In this document: positions 57,402 through 64,000 of the stretch, one piece after another
Position numbering within the stretch: the stretch's first letter is position 1
Layout: every line of letters starts with the position of its first letter
NCBI RefSeq assembly: GCF_947500605.1
Contig: NZ_CANMSJ010000003.1
Span: 331,816 to 395,815 of the forward strand
DNA length: 64,000 nt
Direction: 5' to 3'
From: an uncultured Lacinutrix sp.
GTDB lineage: Bacteria; Bacteroidota; Bacteroidia; Flavobacteriales; Flavobacteriaceae
Translations under genes and position numbers: made by a program
Notes under the pieces: model-generated
Seen by the model: only the letters and a program-made list of their open reading frames with translations
Databases searched by the model: none
What the model was told of the DNA's origin: nothing

Positions 57402-58748
57402 ATGAGCGATAAAATAACACTTATTAAAAATGCCAAAATTGTAAATGAAGGCACAATTTTTAATGGAGACATATTAATTGAAGGTGAGTTTATTACCAAA
57501 ATAGATACGTCTATAAGTGCAAAATCGGCAAACGTAAATGTGTTTGACGCCGAAGGAAAGTATGTTATTCCTGGAATGATAGACGATCAAGTTCACTTTA
57601 GAGAACCTGGTTTAACACATAAGGCGAATATAGAAACCGAGTCGCGTGCAGCAATCGCTGGAGGTATTACTTCGTTTATAGAAATGCCAAATACAAACCC
57701 ACAAACTACAACTATAGAAAAGTTGAACGATAAGTTCGCTATAGCAAAAGAAACAGCTTATGCTAATTATTCTTTTATGTTTGGTGGCACTAACGATAAC
57801 CTTGAGGAAATTTTAAAAGTAGATCCAAAACAAGTTGCTGGACTAAAATTATTTTTGGGATCTTCTACAGGAAATATGTTAGTTGATAATCCAGAAGTTT
57901 TAGAAAAAATATTTAAAAGTACAGATTTGCTAATTTCTGTTCATTGCGAAGATGAAGCAACAATTAAAGCAAATATAGCAGTTTATATGGAGCGTTATGG
58001 AGATGATATTCCGCTAAACTTACATCCTATAATTAGAAGTGAAGAAGCGTGTTATTTATCGTCTTCTAAAGCTATCGAATTAGCAAAGAAAACTGGAGCA
58101 AGATTACACGTATTCCATGTATCTACAGGTAAAGAAACTGAACTGTTTAGTAATAAAATACCATTAAAAGATAAAAAAATCACAGCTGAGGTTTGTATAC
58201 ATCATCTTTGGTTTAGCGATAAAGATTACGACGAGAAAGGCACTTTAATTAAATGGAATCCAGCAGTAAAGACAGAAAAAGATAGAGAACAATTATTAAA
58301 AGCATTGCTAGACGATAGAATAGATGTTATTGCAACAGATCATGCACCACATACAATCGAGGAGAAAAACAACGTTTACACTAAAGCGCCTTCTGGAGGA
58401 CCATTAGTACAACACGCTTTACCTGCTTTATTAGAGATGCATCATCGCGGACAAATATCTATTGAGAAAATTGTAGAGAAAACAGCGCATAATCCTGCTA
58501 TATTATTTAATGTAGAAAAACGTGGTTATGTTAAAGAAGGCTATTATGCAGATTTAGTTGTTGTAGATTTAAACAATCCTTGGACCGTTAAAAAAGATAA
58601 TATTTTATATAAATGTGGTTGGTCTCCTTTTGAGGGCACAACATTTAAATCGCGTATTACACATACCTTTGTAAATGGAGGTTTAGCATATAAAAACTTT
58701 AAGTTTTACGATACTAAATTCGCAAAGCAATTAACGTTCGATAGATAG
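57402..58748 (+). CDS. pyrC: Dihydroorotase
   Basis: [30 protein letters not shown]. Confidence 0.9.
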   Translation: MSDKITLIKNAKIVNEGTIFNGDILIEGEFITKIDTSISAKSANVNVFDAEGKYVIPGMIDDQVHFREPGLTHKANIETESRAAIAGGITSFIEMPNTNPQTTTIEKLNDKFAIAKETAYANYSFMFGGTNDNLEEILKVDPKQVAGLKLFLGSSTGNMLVDNPEVLEKIFKSTDLLISVHCEDEATIKANIAVYMERYGDDIPLNLHPIIRSEEACYLSSSKAIELAKKTGARLHVFHVSTGKETELFSNKIPLKDKKITAEVCIHHLWFSDKDYDEKGTLIKWNPAVKTEKDREQLLKALLDDRIDVIATDHAPHTIEEKNNVYTKAPSGGPLVQHALPALLEMHHRGQISIEKIVEKTAHNPAILFNVEKRGYVKEGYYADLVVVDLNNPWTVKKDNILYKCGWSPFEGTTFKSRITHTFVNGGLAYKNFKFYDTKFAKQLTFDR

Positions 58749-58823
58749 AAATCTGGAATAGTAGATGGTTTTTTATTCCGAAAAGGAATAATTAATAAAC
58801 AGTATAACTATTAAATTAAGCAC

Positions 58824-59321
58824 ATGAAAATTACACATCTTTCATTTTTAGTATTGTTTTTAACATTAAGCTCGTGTTATACTTTTAGCAAGCCAGAGAA
58901 ACCTGAGAACCTTATTTCCGAAGAAAAAATGGTTAATGTCTTAGTAGATATGGCTATAATGTCTGCTTCTAAAGGTGTTAACAAAAAGAAGTTAGAAGAT
59001 AGTGGTATTGTGCCAGCCGAATACATTTACAAAAGAAACAATATAGATAGTATCACTTTTGCCGAAAGCAATGCATATTATGCTTTCGATATACAAACAT
59101 ACAATGGAATTTACAAACGTGTAAAGGATAGTTTATTTGTTATTAGAGAAAAATATAGAGTAGTAGATAAGAAGGAGAAAGAAGAGAGAGCGGAAAAAAA
59201 GAGTAAAGGGAAAGTTAATAATCGTGAGAAACACAGTCAAGAAGATCTCGATAAGCTTAAAAATAATAGTGAATTACAAGATGGTAAAGCAGGAAAAATA
59301 GAGCCTGAAATTAAAGATTAA
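58824..59321 (+). CDS. DUF4296 family lipoprotein
   Basis: Lipobox LSSC; KPENLISEEKM..VLVD; F.ESN.YY. Confidence 0.8.
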   Translation: MKITHLSFLVLFLTLSSCYTFSKPEKPENLISEEKMVNVLVDMAIMSASKGVNKKKLEDSGIVPAEYIYKRNNIDSITFAESNAYYAFDIQTYNGIYKRVKDSLFVIREKYRVVDKKEKEERAEKKSKGKVNNREKHSQEDLDKLKNNSELQDGKAGKIEPEIKD

Positions 59322-60324
59322 TTTCATTTCTATAAAAACTGCAGGTTTTGGTAATTTCTATTTCTAAATCAGAATATTCAAAATCTACATGAGCTTTAAT
59401 CTTATCACCATTAAATTGAGATTTCGATACTAAAGATTCTGCAAGTTGCTTTGTTAGTACTCTTCTTTTACCGGTAACTTTATGTTTTAGCCAGTCTAGT
59501 CTCCAACCTATTTGTAATAACCAATTTTCGGCCTCTTTTTTAGGAGCGTTTACAGCTAAGGCCTCTGCACAAATAGCTAAGAATTTTTTATAAGTCCAAT
59601 TTTTAGATACTATAATAAAACGTTCGTTTTTAACATCGCTGTGCATGAGTGTAAAAAGTGCCTTTACAACATCGTTTACTGCAACATAACCCACACTACC
59701 ATTAGTATAATATTTTAAACCATTAGCCACTGTTTTTATTATAGAACCGCTACCATATCGCCAAATACCAGGTCCAATAATAACGCCAGGATTAACAATT
59801 ACAGCATCTAAGCCTTCTTGCGTACCACGCCAAACTTCTAGTTCTGCACCATATTTTGTAATGGCATACACACTATTATCTGCTTCAGGATTCCATTCTG
59901 TTTCTTCGGTAGTTATCGCTCCAGGTTTTGCTTCTCCAATGGCAGCAATAGAACTTATATAACACAGTTTAGTAACATTAAAAGCAATAGAAAGGTTAAC
60001 AATGTTCGCAGTGCCTTCTACATTTGTTTTTAGTAATAAATCGAATTTATCTGGCTCGAAAGATACAAACGCAGCACAATGGTAAACGTGTGTTACATCT
60101 TTAAAAGCTTCGGTTAAGGCAGGAATATCGTTTAAATCGGCTTCAACCCAATCTATAGTATTAAAAAGCGCTTCGGCACTATTAGAATAATAAGAGAAAA
60201 TACGTTTTACAGTATTAAACTTTTTTTTATTTCTATAAATAGCGCGAACCGTTTGCTTTTCTTCTAATAATTTAAAAAGCAAATGTGCACCTACAAATCC
60301 GGTTCCTCCTGTAACTAAAATCAT
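59311..60324 (-). CDS. NAD-dependent epimerase/dehydratase family protein
   Basis: MILVTGGTGFVG, YHCAA, YxxxK (YAITK); likely start at 60324. Confidence 0.9.
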   Translation of the reverse strand: MILVTGGTGFVGAHLLFKLLEEKQTVRAIYRNKKKFNTVKRIFSYYSNSAEALFNTIDWVEADLNDIPALTEAFKDVTHVYHCAAFVSFEPDKFDLLLKTNVEGTANIVNLSIAFNVTKLCYISSIAAIGEAKPGAITTEETEWNPEADNSVYAITKYGAELEVWRGTQEGLDAVIVNPGVIIGPGIWRYGSGSIIKTVANGLKYYTNGSVGYVAVNDVVKALFTLMHSDVKNERFIIVSKNWTYKKFLAICAEALAVNAPKKEAENWLLQIGWRLDWLKHKVTGKRRVLTKQLAESLVSKSQFNGDKIKAHVDFEYSDLEIEITKTCSFYRNEINL

Positions 60325-60413
60325 AAGTCGAAGGTAATAAATATTCAATATAGCATCTTAAATTATATAGCTATTTTTATCTTTGCGAATCAATACACAA
60401 AATCAAGTATAAA

Positions 60414-61724
60414 ATGGCTAATACATTTGTAGAAGAATTACGTTGGAGAGGTATGTTACACGACATCATGCCAGGAACAGAAGAGCAATTGAATAAGGAG
60501 ATGACGACAGCTTATATAGGTTTCGATCCTACTAGCGATTCGCTACATATTGGTAGTTTAGTCCCAATTATTTTATTAGTACATCTTGAAAAAGCAGGAC
60601 ACAAGCCTGTTGCTTTGGTTGGTGGTGCTACAGGAATGATTGGTGATCCTTCTGGAAAAAGCGACGAGCGTAATTTATTAGACGAAGTAGCTTTAGCGCA
60701 TAATGTAGCAGGTATTAAAAGTGTTTTATCTCGATTTTTAGATTTTAACTCTACTAATAAAAATGCTCCCGTTTTAGTGAATAACTACGATTGGATGAAG
60801 AACTTTAGCTTTATCGACTTTGCTCGTGACGTTGGAAAACGTATTACGGTAAATTACATGATGGCTAAAGACTCAGTTAAAAAACGTTTGTCTGGAGATG
60901 AAGGAAACGTTGGTATGAGTTTTACAGAATTTACATACCAATTAATTCAAGGTTACGATTTTCATCACCTATACAAAACAATGGACTGTAAACTTCAAAT
61001 GGGAGGAAGCGACCAATGGGGAAACATAACCACAGGAACAGAGCTAGTAAGACGTATGCACGATGGCGAAGATCAAGCAAAAGCGTATGCTATGACGTGT
61101 CCATTAATTACAAAAGCAGACGGCTCTAAATTTGGTAAAAGTGAAGGTGGTAATGTTTGGTTAGATACAGACAAAACTTCGGTTTACAAGTTCTACCAAT
61201 TCTGGCTAAACACTACCGATGAAGATGCCGCTAAGTATATTAAAATATTTACGTTTTTAGACAAAGCAACTATTGAAGCATTAATAGCAGAGCATACCGA
61301 AGCACCACATTTACGTTTATTACAAAAACGTTTAGCTAAAGAGGTAACGACTTTTGTACATTCTGAAGACGATTTTTTAAATGCTGAAAAAGCCTCTGGA
61401 ATTTTATTTAGTAAAACTTTTAACGAAGACATTAGAACATTAAACGAAAGTTTATTTTTAGATGTTTTCGAAGGTGTGCCACAAGCCGAAGTTACCAAAG
61501 CAGATTTAGAAGAAGGATTAGATATGATTGCTGCTTTAGCAGATAAAACTAATTTTTTAAAGAGTAATAGCGAAGCTAGAAGAGCACTAAAAGAAAATGC
61601 TGTTGCCGTAAATAAAGACAAAGTAAAAGAAGATTATAAAATAACAACACAAGATTTAATACACGATAAGTACGTAGTATTAAACAAAGGGAAAAAGAAT
61701 ACTTATATTTTAAAAGTAGTATAA
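60414..61724 (+). CDS. tyrS: Tyrosine--tRNA ligase
   Basis: [28 protein letters not shown]4-like C-terminus. Confidence 0.98.
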   Translation: MANTFVEELRWRGMLHDIMPGTEEQLNKEMTTAYIGFDPTSDSLHIGSLVPIILLVHLEKAGHKPVALVGGATGMIGDPSGKSDERNLLDEVALAHNVAGIKSVLSRFLDFNSTNKNAPVLVNNYDWMKNFSFIDFARDVGKRITVNYMMAKDSVKKRLSGDEGNVGMSFTEFTYQLIQGYDFHHLYKTMDCKLQMGGSDQWGNITTGTELVRRMHDGEDQAKAYAMTCPLITKADGSKFGKSEGGNVWLDTDKTSVYKFYQFWLNTTDEDAAKYIKIFTFLDKATIEALIAEHTEAPHLRLLQKRLAKEVTTFVHSEDDFLNAEKASGILFSKTFNEDIRTLNESLFLDVFEGVPQAEVTKADLEEGLDMIAALADKTNFLKSNSEARRALKENAVAVNKDKVKEDYKITTQDLIHDKYVVLNKGKKNTYILKVV

Positions 61725-61747
61725 AAAAATATCCTTTTTAAGTTTAC

Positions 61748-61779
61748 AGACCTCACAAGTTTTTTAACCTGTGAGGTCT
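61748..61779. repeat. REP-like palindrome (AGACCT..AGGTCT family)
   Basis: agacctcacaagttttttaacctgtgaggtct; may double as the tyrS terminator. Confidence 0.65.
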
Positions 61780-61787
61780 TTTTATTT

Positions 61788-61852
61788 TGTCATTCCTGCG
61801 AAAGCAGGAATCTATATAATAAAAGTGGATTCCTGCTTTCGCAGGAATGACA
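61788..61852. repeat. Perfect REPIN-like inverted REP doublet
   Basis: tgtcattcctgcgaaagcaggaatc..gattcctgctttcgcaggaatgaca. Confidence 0.9.
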
Positions 61853-61981
61853 GAATAGTAATACCTCAAACCTTTGCAGGAATTACAAAATAGTAAGCTC
61901 TCAAAAACAAATTAGGAATTAATTCATGTCGCTGTCCAATCTTCAATTTATCTAGTTAAAAAAAAACAAAGTTTAACTAAC

Positions 61982-62020
61982 AAAAAAAGCCCGAATGCAA
62001 AGCTGCAATCGGACCTTTTA
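61982..62020 (-). terminator. Intrinsic terminator for the YHS gene
   Basis: Minus strand gtccgattgca-gct-ttgcattcgggc-T7. Confidence 0.65.
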
Positions 62021-62097
62021 TAAAAAATTAGTTAACCAACTAAAAACTAATTTTTCTTTTTCATAACTATTAAAGATTTAATTAATAAACCAATAAA

Positions 62098-62541
62098 TTA
62101 ATCTTCTTTACCAATAGTCTTCCAACTTTTGTCGGCTTTTTTTATTAAACCTTTCACATCTTTTTCTAACCAAGATTCTAAAGTGTTATTTCCCCAAGAA
62201 TTATAGAATAAATAAAGCTTGTTATCTCTAATTTCAAAAGTTTCTGGGTCTATAGAAACCTTTTTATCGTACTCGGCAACAGCATAAGCACAATAACCAC
62301 CATATTGTGGTACGTATTTGTTTGGGTTTGCTGTAAAAGTATCTAAATGTGTTTGAGATGTAAATTTATATTTTGCACCATCGTAAGTGGTGGTAAAATC
62401 TTTATGTCCTTCTATAGCTTTATTATCGAAATAGGAAACCACATCGTAACCTTCGGCTACAAAACCTTTTTTGGTATTGTAATCTGTTTGCGCTTGGCTT
62501 GTTATTATTCCGAAGAAAAAAAAGTATAGTATATATTTCAT
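62098..62541 (-). CDS. YHS domain-containing exported protein
   Basis: GYDVVSYF, YKFTS..HL..F..NP.KYVPQYGGYCAY, LYLFYN. Confidence 0.88.
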   Translation of the reverse strand: MKYILYFFFFGIITSQAQTDYNTKKGFVAEGYDVVSYFDNKAIEGHKDFTTTYDGAKYKFTSQTHLDTFTANPNKYVPQYGGYCAYAVAEYDKKVSIDPETFEIRDNKLYLFYNSWGNNTLESWLEKDVKGLIKKADKSWKTIGKED

Positions 62542-62565
62542 GCGATTTTTAATTATTGTTTTACG

Positions 62566-62622
62566 GTCACATGCTGTTCGCTATAGCTGTTTTTTTAGCG
62601 CTAAGGTTTAACAGTTCGTTTC
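62566..62622 (-). promoter_or_regulatory. Candidate structured cis-regulatory leader, copy B
   Basis: GAAACGAACTGTT..AACAGCATGTGAC, 24 nt before the YHS ATG; paralog at 11415-11474. Confidence 0.6.
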
Positions 62623-62688
62623 CTATATCACGTTTGTCGGAATATATACGGAGAATTTACAAAGGCGGTTTTATTTTTTTTGCAGTTA

Positions 62689-63669
62689 TTATAAAACCAT
62701 AAGGTTGCAGCCTCTAATATCGCTAGTATCAAAACGACCAATAACCTCAAACGAGTTATCGTTATTTACACGACCTAAATCTTGTGTAGCAATAAAAGAG
62801 CAGGAGTTTATGTTTGCCAAATCGACAACATTAATACCGCCAGTTTTACCACGATCTTGTGTGGTTAAAGCATCTTCGGTATCGCGTGTAATAATACGCA
62901 TCCAGTTTGGGCAATTAAAAACACCATTACCTTTAGAGTAGCCTTGGCTTAAAAGCTCGGTCATGCCATATTCGCTATGTATTGCGTTTACGCCAAAACC
63001 AGTTTTTAAAACACGGTGTAGCTCTTCTCTAATTAATTCTTTACGTCTGCCTTTCATGCCTCCAGTTTCCATTATAATGGTATTGTTAAGGTTAAAAGTA
63101 TAGGCTTCTACTAAATCTAGCAATGCGAACGATACGCCAATAAGCAATACTTTTTTACCTTCGCTATCCAAACGTTTTAAGGTTTCGCTTAAAGCGGAAA
63201 GATTATCCAGGTAAAAGCCACTTTCTGGGTGATTAGAGTCTTTAATCAAGCTATCTACCATATAGATAAGAGACGAGCCTTCGCGCTCTAAATAACTTGG
63301 TAACAATGCCAATACAACATAATCCTTAATGTCGCCGTAAAACGCATTAAAACCATAGTTAAAGCTGTCTTCGTAGACTTTAACATCTGTTATATAATGC
63401 TTGCTAGTTACGCTACCTGTGGTGCCACTACTAGAAAATGTTTTTACTATGTTATCTCTAGAACTTAATACATGGTGAGACTTAAAAAACTGTATAGGTA
63501 AAAACGGAATGGCTTCTACTGTTTTTATATCGCTTGGATTTTTGTAAAGTAAATCGCAAAACGAACGATAGACAGGATTGTTGTCAAACTGAAATTTAAA
63601 CACTTGCAAAGCCATAGTATTAAACTCGGCTTCGGTTTTAATGTTGAAAATTTGGTTTGGGTCTATCAT
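62689..63669 (-). CDS. LuxE-like acyl-protein synthetase / acyl transferase
   Basis: FSSSGTTG, ETGGMKGR, SEYGMTELLSQ, IATQDLG, RGCNL. Confidence 0.88.
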   Translation of the reverse strand: MIDPNQIFNIKTEAEFNTMALQVFKFQFDNNPVYRSFCDLLYKNPSDIKTVEAIPFLPIQFFKSHHVLSSRDNIVKTFSSSGTTGSVTSKHYITDVKVYEDSFNYGFNAFYGDIKDYVVLALLPSYLEREGSSLIYMVDSLIKDSNHPESGFYLDNLSALSETLKRLDSEGKKVLLIGVSFALLDLVEAYTFNLNNTIIMETGGMKGRRKELIREELHRVLKTGFGVNAIHSEYGMTELLSQGYSKGNGVFNCPNWMRIITRDTEDALTTQDRGKTGGINVVDLANINSCSFIATQDLGRVNNDNSFEVIGRFDTSDIRGCNLMVL

Positions 63670-63746
63670 TTTTTAATGCTACTGTATTTTAAATACAACG
63701 CAAAAGTAATAAATAATGCTTGTAATTAATAGTGTTTTAGGTATAT

Positions 63747-63779
63747 AAAAAGAGCGTTACCATGGGCAACGCTCTTTTT
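63747..63779. terminator. Intrinsic terminator
   Basis: aaaaagagcgttac-catg-ggcaacgctcttttt. Confidence 0.82.
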
Positions 63780-63800
63780 AAAAAGTATAAAAATTAGTGA

Positions 63801-64000
63801 TTATTTAATCAGTAATTTTTTAGTAATTGTATTATTACCTTGAGATAATCTTACTGCGTAAATACCAGATTTAAGAGAAGATACATTTAAACGCTCTGCA
63901 TTTAAAGTAGTATTAATAACTTGTTTTCCTAAAATATCGAAAACCGAAACTTGTATTGCTTCTTTGCTACTTGTTTTAATGTTTACAAAACCATTACTTG
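63801..64000 (-). CDS. 3' end of a T9SS type A sorting domain protein (partial, runs off the window)
   Basis: Manual translation ..SNGFVNIK..VFDILGKQV..LKSGIYAVRL..TKKLLIK*. Confidence 0.85.
   Translation of the reverse strand, partial: SNGFVNIKTSSKEAIQVSVFDILGKQVINTTLNAERLNVSSLKSGIYAVRLSQGNNTITKKLLIK

Noticed and set aside
23-60348. Longest-ORF starts at 23, 1546, 9159, 14654, 21394, 28307, 30507, 41168, 49071 and 60348
   Set aside because: Downstream ATGs fit family N-termini, A-rich initiation context and in some cases promoter position better; refined starts are used in the features
61960-62060. AACTAA-rich repeats around the YHS terminator as a possible sRNA
   Set aside because: Low complexity, with no promoter or second copy to support it
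62098-62541. Selenoprotein/SECIS reading of the YHS gene or its upstream motif
   Set aside because: No in-frame TGA (the site is Cys, GGYCAY), and the motif is upstream of the start rather than after a UGA
2124-62941. Many short antisense or alternate-frame ORFs in the track (e.g. 2124..2507, 4793..5062, 7157..7777, 24638..25009, 38718..39092, 61193..61621)
   Set aside because: They are shadows of well-supported genes, with no motifs or start context
1-64000. tRNA, rRNA and transposase genes
   Set aside because: No cloverleaf, rRNA-like tract or DDE/HUH transposase ORF was recognised; intergenic gaps are short and mostly explained

Overview
A 64-kb AT-rich chromosomal window from a Flavobacteriaceae member (Bacteroidota). 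The assignment rests on TAnnTTTG promoters, A-rich SD-less start regions, T9SS C-terminal domains and Bacteroidota-type DUFs. Most of it is housekeeping DNA: tex, metG, an M16 peptidase pair, rplU-rpmA, ahcY, an sfp-GGGP synthase-pnuC-NadR-like kinase-DUF4301-arfB run, a TPP riboswitch with a TonB receptor, greA, aat, tag, cbpA-cbpM, truB, uppP, ftsX, leuS, pckA, pyrC and tyrS. I saw no rRNA, tRNA, CRISPR array or transposase. Five signals stand out. (1) A previously unrecognised ~60-nt structured leader occurs twice, 51 kb apart, each about 25 nt upstream of a putative metal-binding gene (HMA lipoprotein and YHS protein). (2) Two near-identical REP-like elements are inserted in frame inside leuS and are translated. 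(3) A four-gene signalling cassette (PCPxxC-motif small protein, stand-alone 7TM protein, HisKA_3 kinase, LuxR-type regulator) is divergent from a tail-collar gene and a T9SS cargo gene. (4) Adjacent Zn-peptidase and Bax-inhibitor-1 genes share a C-terminal helix. (5) There are three copies of a ~100-nt Flavo-1-like element plus several REP families. All calls come from reading the sequence; no searches were run.
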